Assembly: GCA_965230145.1 (NCBI GenBank)
Contig: OZ245943.1
Location: forward strand, 162,643 to 226,642
From: Phototrophicaceae bacterium
Lineage (GTDB): Bacteria > Chloroflexota > Anaerolineae > Aggregatilineales > Phototrophicaceae
DNA: 64,000 nucleotides
Reading direction: 5' to 3'
The translations under genes were made by a program, and so were the position numbers. Each line of letters starts with the position of its first letter. Position 1 is the stretch's first letter. The notes under the pieces were generated by a model. The model was not told the origin of the DNA. It saw only the letters and a program-made list of their open reading frames with translations, and searched no databases. Positions 36,531 to 45,592 of this stretch are shown here, one piece after another.

Positions 36531-36660
36531 TCTCAACCCCTCCCCAAGTATCCCCTCCCCTCGGCGTTCGCAAGCTCTCTGGCGGAGAGGGGACTCAACA
36601 ACTCCCTTTCTCCACAAACGAGGAACGAGGTGCATGGGGAAAGGGTTGGGGATAGGGGTC
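36531..36660. repeat. G/C-run-rich imperfect palindromic element (CCCCTCCCC ... GGAGAGGGG ... GGGGAAAGGGTTGGGG)
   Basis: Nested imperfect inverted repeats. CAACCCCTCCCC pairs with GGGGAAAGGGTTG, and TCCCCTCCCCTCGGCG pairs with GGCGGAGAGGGGA. The composition is unlike the flanking DNA. Confidence 0.5.
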
Positions 36661-36736
36661 TAGCAGTAAAAAAACATGACAACCCTATGAATGCGTTGTT
36701 TCTGAGTTTTAGATTTTAAGAAATACTGGTGAATTA

Positions 36737-37483
36737 ATGAACAACAACATTGCATTACAAATTAACGATTTAACCGTTGCCTATAACAGTCGCCCTGCTT
36801 TGTGGGATGTGGATTTGGCTGTTCCTGAAGGCGCATTAATGGCTATTGTGGGTCCCAATGGTGCTGGTAAATCGACCCTTATTAAAGCCACACTCGACCT
36901 CATCCCACGCGCGGCGGGTAGTGTTCACTTTTTTGGCAAAACCTATAAACAAGCCCGTAATTTAGTCGGCTATGTACCACAACGTGGCAGTGTCGATTGG
37001 GATTTTCCGACCTCTGTGCTGGATGTCGTGACGATGGGCTTATATGGCAAACTGGGCTGGTTTCGTCGGACAGGCGAAAAAGAACGCTTACTCGCTATGA
37101 ATGCCTTAGAACAAGTGAGTATCGCTGACCTCGCTGACCGTCAAATTAGCCAGTTATCAGGTGGGCAACAACAACGCACATTTTTAGCACGGGCATTGGT
37201 TCAGGATGCCCAATTGTACTTTATGGATGAACCTTTCGCGGCGGTCGATGCTGTCACTGAACGGGCGATTGTGAATATCCTCAAGGAACTGCAAGCACGC
37301 GGCAAGACGGTGATTGTAGTGCATCATGACTTGCAGACAGTCACTGAATATTTTGACCATGTAACCTTGCTCAATGTCGAAGTGATTGCGGCGGGCAAAA
37401 CCGATGATGTCTATACAGATGACAATTTGCGCCGAACCTATGGCGATAGAGATACCCTCAAATTACGGACGGCAATCTCATGA
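36737..37483 (+). CDS. Metal ABC transporter ATP-binding protein
   Basis: Walker [10 protein letters not shown], signature LSGGQQQR and Walker B LYFMDEPF. Confidence 0.9.
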   Translation: MNNNIALQINDLTVAYNSRPALWDVDLAVPEGALMAIVGPNGAGKSTLIKATLDLIPRAAGSVHFFGKTYKQARNLVGYVPQRGSVDWDFPTSVLDVVTMGLYGKLGWFRRTGEKERLLAMNALEQVSIADLADRQISQLSGGQQQRTFLARALVQDAQLYFMDEPFAAVDAVTERAIVNILKELQARGKTVIVVHHDLQTVTEYFDHVTLLNVEVIAAGKTDDVYTDDNLRRTYGDRDTLKLRTAIS

Positions 37484-38817
37484 GCAAGAAACGAGTGGTA
37501 TCTGCACAAGATAGACGCATTTGGATGTTGATTGCTGGCATGATAGCAATATTGGCTTTGAGTATTCCTGTGGCTAGTCTGCTATTCAATATCCGTTTTG
37601 ACTATACCTTAACGATTGTGACTCTCGGTGGTGCAATTCTGGGTATGGTTAGTGGTGTCTTAGGGAGTTTTGCTGTTTTACGCCAAGAGAGTCTGATGGG
37701 CGATGCGCTCTCTCATGCAGCATTACCAGGTGTAGCAATTGCGTTTTTACTATTTGGGCGCGACTTAGGCGTGTTATTAATTGGGGCAGGGATTGCTGGC
37801 TGGATTGGGGTCTTGTTCATCAATGCGGTGACAGATACAACACGCATCAAGCAAGATACAGCAATGGCAATGACATTATCTGCCCTCTTTGCTCTAGGCA
37901 TTGCCTTACTCAGTTATATTCAAGGGCGTGGTGATGCCGCACAAGCAGGCTTGGATAAATTCATCTTTGGGCAAGCGGCGGCAATCGGGCGAAATGATGT
38001 AATACTGATTAGTATCGTTAGTCTGGTTTCATTTATTATCTTGGGATTCTTCTGGAAAGAATTCAAGCTGGTGACATTTAATCGTGAGTTTGCGGCGGCA
38101 AATGGTTTTAAAGTGCGATTTTTAGAGAATCTGCTCTCGCTATTAATTGTGGTTGCGATTGTCTTGGGCTTGCAATTGGCTGGTGTAATTCTGATGGTTG
38201 GCAATTTAATTGCTCCTGGTGTGGCGGCACGTCAATGGACGCATAAGTTAGAGCAGATGGTTGTATTAGCAGGTGTATTTGGTGCTTTCTCAGGCGCGAT
38301 TGGCGCGATTATCAGTGCGATTGATGTTGGTCTACCAACGGGTCCCTTGATTATTGTAGTTGCGTCGATTGTCGTCGTCATTTCCCTATTTTTTGCACCT
38401 GAACGCGGTTTGCTCTGGCAATGGTTCACACAAAGCGAAGACCGTCGGCGTTTTGCGGCAACCTATATTCTGCGTGATTTATATAGCCATGCTCAACAAC
38501 ACGATAATATGAGCGAAGCCATGCTCGAAAGCACCTTAATTCGAGTACGGGGTGAAGTTGCAAAAATCGGTATACATGAGTTAGAAGGCAAGGGCTATAT
38601 CACGAACAGTAAGGGTGCATGGTATCTCACGAATCAAGGCATTGAATCCGCCAAAGATGATGCGCGCAACCAAGCCTTGTGGCAATTGTATCGGCGACGG
38701 GGTGCGGCGCTTGATTTGCCAATTGTGCCTGAAAATCGTGAACAGAATATTGAGGAAGTCTTACCGCGCGATGCACTCGCTCGCTTAGAGGCTTTACTGA
38801 CAGGAGCAAGCGCATAA
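37480..38817 (+). CDS. ABC-3 family metal permease with a C-terminal DtxR/MntR-like winged-helix extension
   Basis: ABC-3 core ([24 protein letters not shown]). The last ~125 aa ([12 protein letters not shown]...[40 protein letters not shown]..) follow the DtxR/MntR N-terminal pattern. ATGA overlap with the ATPase gene. Confidence 0.85.
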   Translation: MSKKRVVSAQDRRIWMLIAGMIAILALSIPVASLLFNIRFDYTLTIVTLGGAILGMVSGVLGSFAVLRQESLMGDALSHAALPGVAIAFLLFGRDLGVLLIGAGIAGWIGVLFINAVTDTTRIKQDTAMAMTLSALFALGIALLSYIQGRGDAAQAGLDKFIFGQAAAIGRNDVILISIVSLVSFIILGFFWKEFKLVTFNREFAAANGFKVRFLENLLSLLIVVAIVLGLQLAGVILMVGNLIAPGVAARQWTHKLEQMVVLAGVFGAFSGAIGAIISAIDVGLPTGPLIIVVASIVVVISLFFAPERGLLWQWFTQSEDRRRFAATYILRDLYSHAQQHDNMSEAMLESTLIRVRGEVAKIGIHELEGKGYITNSKGAWYLTNQGIESAKDDARNQALWQLYRRRGAALDLPIVPENREQNIEEVLPRDALARLEALLTGASA

Positions 38818-40337
38818 TGGCATTCATCGAACAGGCAATTATTCATTTTTTCTTGCTCTTCACTGACCTTGAATCATTCAATAGTTTCATGCGTGATACG
38901 CGCTCGATTGCGATAGTCATTGGCATTTTGGTGTCGATGTCGGGGTCATGGTTAGGCGTATTCTTATTGCTTCGCAAATCCGCCCTGACTAGTGATGCGA
39001 TTAGTCATACGGTCTTGCTGGGGATTGTTGGCGCATTTTTCTTCATGATTGCGATTGGACTTGACCCACAGTTATCCTCACCTTTTTTGCTGATTGGCGC
39101 AACAATCGCTGGTGTGATGACAGTTGTATTGACAGAATTAGTACAACGCTCACAATTGGTTAAGTCGGATGCGGCTTTGGGCTTGGTTTTTCCGCTACTC
39201 TTTGCAATAGCGGTCATCATGATTTCACGCTTTGCAGAGGATGTACATTTGGATACTGATGCCGTCTTGGTGGGCGAAATTGGTGTCGCGGCGTTGAATA
39301 CCAACAGTTATTGCTTTGATAATTGTGATGATGTAGTCATTACACCCGACTCTGACTTAGCAGAAGTTGGGCGGCAATGTACGAATTGTTCGCGTGATGG
39401 CATTAGTCCGCGTGATGATGAAGCAATTTTTGAGGAAGTCTGCTCGAATTGTGGCACATATACTGCCGCTGAAGCATGGCGTGAACGATTGATTGATGCG
39501 CCACCGACCTTGGCATTTATACCCGAATCGCTAACGGTTATGGGACTCGTGACGCTGATTAATTTCCTCTTTGTGACCATTTTCTACAAAGAATTGAAGT
39601 TATCCTCATTTGATGAAGCCTTAGCTAAAGCTCTCGGGTTTCGCCCTGTTGTATTGACTTATACATTGATGACTCTGGTGAGCTTAACAGCAGTAGGTGC
39701 ATTTGATGCCGTCGGCTCAATATTAGTGGTGGCATTCTTTGTTATCCCTGCGGCGACTGCCTATTTACTAACGGATAGGCTGAGTATCATGCTTTTGATA
39801 AGCCCCATATTTGGCATTTTGGGCGTGGTGACTGGTTATGAACTCTCGCGTGGGTCATTTTTGGGTTTATCTGTGGATAGTTTTCTCGTTTGGTTAGATG
39901 GCATTGTTGGGTTAAGGGGTTTCACCGTTTGGAATGTCTCGCCATCCGCTAGTATGGTCATTATGACTTTCGTATTCTTCTTAATCGCATGGGTGATTTC
40001 GCCAAAATACGGTCTTATCTCGACCATCATGCGACGTTATCGTAATCGCCAAACTTTCGCCAATCAATTGCTTATGGGGCATCTCCATAATCATATGTTC
40101 ACTGACCGTTTCGAGACAGAATGTGCGGTTGATACACTTCACGAACATATGAATTGGACTATAACGAAAACACAAGCCACTTTGACTCGGACTCGCTTAC
40201 GGGGTTGGGTGAAAGTCGAGAATGGTTTTGCGGAACTCACAAAATCTGGACTAAAAAATGTCGAAAAATTCAGACGCGAAAATCTGAATTTGGGTTGGCA
40301 AAATGACGAAATTGCCTTTACAGCTATCGGGGATTGA
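38817..40337 (+). CDS. ABC-3 family metal permease with a Cys-rich loop insertion and a C-terminal winged-helix-like extension
   Basis: ABC-3 core (SDAISHTVLLGIV, SSFDEALAKALG). An ~75-aa insertion holds CFDNC, CTNC and CSNC. The C-terminal ~100 aa read ..LLMGHLHNH...LRGWVKVENGFAELTKSGLKNVEKFRREN. TAATG overlap with the previous gene. Confidence 0.85.
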   Translation: MAFIEQAIIHFFLLFTDLESFNSFMRDTRSIAIVIGILVSMSGSWLGVFLLLRKSALTSDAISHTVLLGIVGAFFFMIAIGLDPQLSSPFLLIGATIAGVMTVVLTELVQRSQLVKSDAALGLVFPLLFAIAVIMISRFAEDVHLDTDAVLVGEIGVAALNTNSYCFDNCDDVVITPDSDLAEVGRQCTNCSRDGISPRDDEAIFEEVCSNCGTYTAAEAWRERLIDAPPTLAFIPESLTVMGLVTLINFLFVTIFYKELKLSSFDEALAKALGFRPVVLTYTLMTLVSLTAVGAFDAVGSILVVAFFVIPAATAYLLTDRLSIMLLISPIFGILGVVTGYELSRGSFLGLSVDSFLVWLDGIVGLRGFTVWNVSPSASMVIMTFVFFLIAWVISPKYGLISTIMRRYRNRQTFANQLLMGHLHNHMFTDRFETECAVDTLHEHMNWTITKTQATLTRTRLRGWVKVENGFAELTKSGLKNVEKFRRENLNLGWQNDEIAFTAIGD

Positions 40338-40381
40338 GGATAGTTGTCAGTTCACAGTCTTCTGTTATCAGTATTTTCATA

Positions 40382-40470
40382 GCGGATGCGATACATCACT
40401 TTAGTGTAAGGTCACACCGACGGTGTGACCCTACGAAGAATGTCTTTCGATTATTTGTAAAACTGCTTGG
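40382..40470 (-). repeat. Copy of the GTAGGG-hairpin composite repeat
   Basis: Minus strand GTAGGGTCACACCGTCGGTGTGACC (perfect 9-bp stem). It also has GTGATGTATCGCATCCGC and GCAGTTTTACAAAT segments matching pieces of the sucA-sucB spacer. Confidence 0.6.
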
Positions 40471-40613
40471 ATGCTGTCTGAAATAAAAGGACGAATAAAC
40501 AGCTAGTCATCAAATCGCAGTTTCTGATAACTGTATACTTATGACTGACACCTTCTATCTCTTGCGCTTTTGCTATTTTGCGATAGCCTCTATCTATATT
40601 CAAAACCAGATAG

Positions 40614-41657
40614 ATGGAGTCTATGTTTAATCCAACTGAACACCCCCACAGACGCTATAATCCTCTGCTTGGTGAGTATGTTTTGGTCTCACCGCATCGT
40701 ATGAAACGCCCTTGGCAAGGTAAAGAAGAGAGTATCCCTGCTGATGAGCGTCCTGTATACGACCCGACTTGTTATTTATGCCCGAATAACACGCGCAAAA
40801 ATGGCGAAACAAATTCTGATTACAAAACAACTTATGTATTCGATAATGATTTTCGTGCTTTGCTGGATGATATTCCGCCTGCGCCTCAGCCTGAAAGTCC
40901 CTTGCTGAATTTGCAAAGTGTAGAGGGAACGAATCGTGTGATTTGTTTTTCGCCTCAACATAATCAAACGCTTGCTGAAATGCCTGTTGAGGGTATCCGC
41001 ACAGTGGTTGATTTATGGGCAGAACAAACGGCAGACTTAGGACAAACCTACAAATGGGTACAGGTTTTTGAAAATCGTGGCGAGATGATGGGCAGTAGCA
41101 ATCCGCATCCACACGGACAAATTTGGGCTGAAAATGTTCTACCTAACCTACCCACAAAAGAAGATGAAAAACAAGCCGAATACTATCAAGAGTATGCGTC
41201 GCCTCTATTGCTTGATTATGCTCAGCTTGAATCTGAAAAAGGCGAACGGGTTGTCGCTGAAAATGATGACTGGATTGTGGTTGTTCCTTATTGGGCTGTT
41301 TGGCCTTTTGAAACACTCGTCATGCCGAAATCACACATTTTGCGGATGCCTGATGTAAGCGAGACTCAACGTGATGCTTTGGCAGATGTTTTAAAAACAT
41401 TGCTGGTAAAGTATGATAATTTATTCGAGATTTCTTTCCCTTATTCAATGGGTTGGCATGGTGCGCCTTATGGAGATGAGGATTATCAGCACTGGCAATT
41501 ACATGCACATTTTTATCCGCCTCTATTACGAAGCGCGACGGTGCGTAAATTTATGGTGGGCTATGAAATGATGGGCGAATCTCAGCGTGACCTCACAGCC
41601 GAGCAAGCCGCAGACCGACTCCGAAGTTTATCCGACACACATTATAAAGAAGCATAA
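40614..41657 (+). CDS. galT: Galactose-1-phosphate uridylyltransferase
   Basis: CYLCP zinc motif and the active-site [11 protein letters not shown] (HPH). Confidence 0.92.
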   Translation: MESMFNPTEHPHRRYNPLLGEYVLVSPHRMKRPWQGKEESIPADERPVYDPTCYLCPNNTRKNGETNSDYKTTYVFDNDFRALLDDIPPAPQPESPLLNLQSVEGTNRVICFSPQHNQTLAEMPVEGIRTVVDLWAEQTADLGQTYKWVQVFENRGEMMGSSNPHPHGQIWAENVLPNLPTKEDEKQAEYYQEYASPLLLDYAQLESEKGERVVAENDDWIVVVPYWAVWPFETLVMPKSHILRMPDVSETQRDALADVLKTLLVKYDNLFEISFPYSMGWHGAPYGDEDYQHWQLHAHFYPPLLRSATVRKFMVGYEMMGESQRDLTAEQAADRLRSLSDTHYKEA

Positions 41658-41661
41658 TTTC

Positions 41662-42801
41662 ATGGATATTTTACAGACTGTTATTGACGCATTTGAAACA
41701 AAATTCGGTGAAGCACCAACCCATATTGTCCGTGCCCCTGGACGAGTCAATCTGATTGGGGAGCATACTGATTATAATGATGGCTTTGTCTTACCGATGG
41801 CAATTGACCGTGCGATGTGGATTGCCTTACGCCCAACGAATGATAGTAAAGTACATATCACCTCACTCGATTTTGATACGCCTGTGGATTTTAATTTAGA
41901 TGATTTTGAAAAAGAAGCGGGTACACCTGCTGATTATGTCAAAGGTGTTGTCTGGGCATTAGAGCAAGAAGGATATAGCCTCAAGGGTTGGGAAGGCATC
42001 ATGAAAGGCAACGTGCCGATTGGTGCTGGACTGTCCTCATCAGCAGGATTGGAATTAGCAACTGCACGAGCTTTTGCTTTAACGAGCAACATCGACTGGA
42101 ATCCTGCTGAAATGGCGCTTTTATCACAAAAAGCCGAAAATCAATGGGTCGGGGTGAATAGTGGCATCATGGATCAGATGATTAGCGCGGCTGGCGATGC
42201 AGGACATGCCCTACTGATTGACTGCCGTTCGTTGGATACCGAACTTTTGCCATTACCAAAAGGGACAGCTATTGTAATCCTCGATACAAACACTCGTCGG
42301 GAATTGGTGACATCTGCTTATAATGTACGTCGTCAGCAATGTGAAGCAGCGGCTGATTATTTTGGCGTACCCAAATTACGGGATGTTGACATAGTAACAT
42401 TTGACGCGAAAAAGGATGGCTTAGAGGATGTCATTATGTGTCGGGCGCGTCATATCGTCACTGAGAATGACCGTGTCTTAGCCGCGAAACAAGCTATGCT
42501 AGATGATGATGCCCAAACACTTGGCGACTTAATGTGTGCAAGCCATGCTAGTTTACGCGATGATTTTGAAGTAACTAATGATGCGCTGAATATCATCGTG
42601 AACATTGCTCAAGCACAAGAGTCTTGCTTTGGCGCACGCATGACTGGAGGTGGCTTTGGTGGATGTGCAGTTGCATTAGTTGCAGACAATCACGTTGAAC
42701 AATTCTCAGAAACTGTTGCGAAAGCCTATGCTGAACAAACACCGCAAACGGCCTCAATCTATATCACGCAACCAAGTAATGGTGCGGAAGTCATTAAATA
42801 A
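41662..42801 (+). CDS. galK: Galactokinase
   Basis: GRVNLIGEHTDYNDGFVLP galactokinase signature, GHMP motif PIGAGLSSSA and GGGFGGC. The ATG lies 4 nt after the galT stop. Confidence 0.92.
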   Translation: MDILQTVIDAFETKFGEAPTHIVRAPGRVNLIGEHTDYNDGFVLPMAIDRAMWIALRPTNDSKVHITSLDFDTPVDFNLDDFEKEAGTPADYVKGVVWALEQEGYSLKGWEGIMKGNVPIGAGLSSSAGLELATARAFALTSNIDWNPAEMALLSQKAENQWVGVNSGIMDQMISAAGDAGHALLIDCRSLDTELLPLPKGTAIVILDTNTRRELVTSAYNVRRQQCEAAADYFGVPKLRDVDIVTFDAKKDGLEDVIMCRARHIVTENDRVLAAKQAMLDDDAQTLGDLMCASHASLRDDFEVTNDALNIIVNIAQAQESCFGARMTGGGFGGCAVALVADNHVEQFSETVAKAYAEQTPQTASIYITQPSNGAEVIK

Positions 42802-42961
42802 CCTCTAAGTTCTAGCATTCAAAGCAAATATTTTCAGCAGATGAGGTTTGTACTCTTTGCTGAAAGTAGCTTCGATTGGTCTATGACCACTGTAGACGAT
42901 AATTTGTAAAGGGGATAAGATAGTTCCTATTTAATCGAGATAACACTCGAAAGTGTTTTGT

Positions 42962-45226
42962 ATGGCATCTGCAAACCGTGCTCAGGCAAGTGTCGATAAT
43001 GCCCCGACTAATGCGGAAAAAATGCGCTTACTACATTGGAATCATATCCGTAGTGCTGCAAATACCTTCTTCACCCAATTTACCTTCTTCGGTCCTGCTT
43101 TTATTCTCTTTTTGAATGAACTCAATCTCAATAAGACACAAATTGGCTTATTGCTTTCGATTTTCCCATTCATGGGGGCAGTATCTTTTTTTCTTGCGCC
43201 GAGCGTTGGGCGCTATGGGTATAAGCGGACGTGGATTACCTTCTTTGGCTTACGTAAGGTAGTAACGATATTGCTACTCTTTGTGCCGTATGTCGCTAGT
43301 CGCTATGGGGCGCAAATTGCACTGTATTATGTTGGGTCAATCGTATTGCTCTTTGGGCTTTGCCGTGCGATTTCAGAAACAGGACTTTATCCTTGGCTTA
43401 CCGAACTCGTCCCTAACGCTATACGCGGACGCTATAATGCAACTCAGAATCTCATCAATAACTTTGTCGGCTTGATTGCTGTCACCATAGCAAGTTTTGT
43501 TGTGGATAGCTTCACTGGTTTGGGGCGTTTCACATTTTTATTTGCCGCTGGCATCGTCTTTGGATTTGTGGCAGTTTGGGCATCCTCATTTAGTCCCGGT
43601 GGTGCGTCTACGCGTGGCACAGATGCAGAAAATATCTCGCAAAAGGACATCCTCAAATCCTTGCGTGATTCTAATTATCTACGCTTTATCATCGGGCTTG
43701 GGTTGGTGACGCTTGCTACCGCGCCGATGTTCTCGTTTTTACCCTTGTTTATGCGCGAGCAAATTGGGCTGAGTGATGGTAATGTCATTTTGCTACAGAA
43801 CGGCACATTGGTTGGGGCATTATCAGCGACTTATATCGCTGGATGGGCATCTGACCGATACGGTAGTAAACCTGTCATGTTATCAGGCTTATGGTTAATG
43901 CTACTGCTACCTATTGCATGGCTAATTATGCCCCGTGGTGTTGTGGCGAGTTTACCCATTGCATTGAGCATCGCCTTCTTGCAAGGGATTGGCACGGTGA
44001 TGTGGGGCATTGGCTCATCACGTATGTTGTATGTCAGTATCATCCCGATTGAGCAGAAAGCCCAGTATATGGGAAGCTATTACGCACTCGTCGGGATTAT
44101 CGGTGGTGTGAGCCAACTTATCGGTGGACGTGTGCTAGAGAGCTTTAGCAATTTATCCAGTTCATTCTCCTTTTTGACGATAGATTCCTACACGCCCTTA
44201 TTCATTCTCGGATTCACATTAATCTTAACTGCGCTTATCTTATTTCGGTTTATCAAAGCCGATACAGATGTACGTACCAGCGAATTTGCAGGCATGTTCT
44301 TGCAGGGTAATCTTTTCATGGCATTTGAGTCGATGTTTCGCTTTTATCGTGCCAAGGATGAGCAAGCTGCAATTGTCGCTACAGAACGTTTAGGGCAAGC
44401 GCATAGCCTCTTTACGATTGATGAATTGCTAGAATCTCTGCAAGACCCACGCTTCTTCGTGCGTTTTGAAGCGGTAGTTTCCATTGCTCGGAGTGACCCC
44501 CCTGACCCCCGTTACGTTGATGCACTCACTCAGATTTTGCAGGGAACGGAATTATCGCTAACAGTGCTTGCGGCATGGGCATTAGGGCGTATTGGCGATA
44601 AACAAGCGCGTGAAGCACTGCGTGAGGGGTTAAACTCCGACTATCGTTCAATACGGGCGCATTGTGCGCGTGCTTTAGGGGCTTTGAGTGATACTCGTAT
44701 CGTGCCAGAGTTACTCGAACGACTAAACCATGAAACAGACATTGGTTTACGAATGGCATATGCGTCTTCATTGGGCAGTATACCCGCACCCGAGGGTATT
44801 CAGCCAATTATGGATCTCTTGCTGGAGATTGATAATCAAGGTGCGCGTAATGAACTTGCTCTCTCTTTGGCGCGGATTGTTGGTGATGAGCAACAGAGTA
44901 TTCGTATTTTGCGCCAATTACGACAAGAAACAGGCACAAATGCCTCGCATCTGGTCTTTGCATTAGGGCAAAAAGTTGCAGATTTACGAAGCGACAATCC
45001 TGAACTTGATACATTGTTTCATGAGTGCATCAATGCTTTTGCACAAGAGGACTTAAATAAGGGTATAGACAATCTCGTAGAGATATTGTCACAAGTCAAC
45101 CTTGATGATGCGCTGTCCGAAAATGCACAAGTTGTTCTCACGGAATGTCGAGAGCAATTAGCTAAATTTGGTTCGACGCGAATCGAGTATTTAGTGCTAA
45201 CATTTGACTTGTTGAGTATGGTTTAG
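42962..45226 (+). CDS. MFS transporter fused to a C-terminal HEAT-repeat (PBS-lyase-like) domain
   Basis: About 12 TM helices over the first ~440 aa. These are followed by repeated ..R..A..ALG.IGD..A...L helices (RFEAVVSIARS, LAAWALGRIGDKQAREAL, RAHCARALGALSDTRIVPELL, LRMAYASSLGSI). Confidence 0.75.
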   Translation: MASANRAQASVDNAPTNAEKMRLLHWNHIRSAANTFFTQFTFFGPAFILFLNELNLNKTQIGLLLSIFPFMGAVSFFLAPSVGRYGYKRTWITFFGLRKVVTILLLFVPYVASRYGAQIALYYVGSIVLLFGLCRAISETGLYPWLTELVPNAIRGRYNATQNLINNFVGLIAVTIASFVVDSFTGLGRFTFLFAAGIVFGFVAVWASSFSPGGASTRGTDAENISQKDILKSLRDSNYLRFIIGLGLVTLATAPMFSFLPLFMREQIGLSDGNVILLQNGTLVGALSATYIAGWASDRYGSKPVMLSGLWLMLLLPIAWLIMPRGVVASLPIALSIAFLQGIGTVMWGIGSSRMLYVSIIPIEQKAQYMGSYYALVGIIGGVSQLIGGRVLESFSNLSSSFSFLTIDSYTPLFILGFTLILTALILFRFIKADTDVRTSEFAGMFLQGNLFMAFESMFRFYRAKDEQAAIVATERLGQAHSLFTIDELLESLQDPRFFVRFEAVVSIARSDPPDPRYVDALTQILQGTELSLTVLAAWALGRIGDKQAREALREGLNSDYRSIRAHCARALGALSDTRIVPELLERLNHETDIGLRMAYASSLGSIPAPEGIQPIMDLLLEIDNQGARNELALSLARIVGDEQQSIRILRQLRQETGTNASHLVFALGQKVADLRSDNPELDTLFHECINAFAQEDLNKGIDNLVEILSQVNLDDALSENAQVVLTECREQLAKFGSTRIEYLVLTFDLLSMV

Positions 45227-45592
45227 GTTGTAAAAGTAAAATCATTTCTAAAGTAGTCGGCGTATAAAAATATTTCTAAAAGCTGGCATAAACTCTTAGG
45301 GTACAGGGTAAAATATATTTTGGAATTTACCTTATACCTGCCTGCGTATCGACAGAGCCACAAGCCATCTATGTAGACAAAGAACGCACACTAAAACGTG
45401 TTGAGTAAATCAAAGTGTATTTGCTATAAAAGTCCTCGTTTATCCCCAGAGACATTAAGAGACATTTCGTTGGTGATAGGTTATAATAATTTTTTGCGTT
45501 ACGGTGATACGTTCAGCAAAGTATTGATGTTCATCCGTAATAGTTAGTCGGTTTTAGCAACATATTTTGGCAGTAGAAGGACACGCAGATTT

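Noticed and set aside
36435-36635. 66-aa minus-strand ORF (..SPLRQRACERRGEGILGEGL..) in the SBP-ATPase gap
   Set aside because: It lies entirely within the G/C-run palindromic repeat and the CACAGAG arm. The peptide is the low-complexity read-through typical of such repeats, not a gene.
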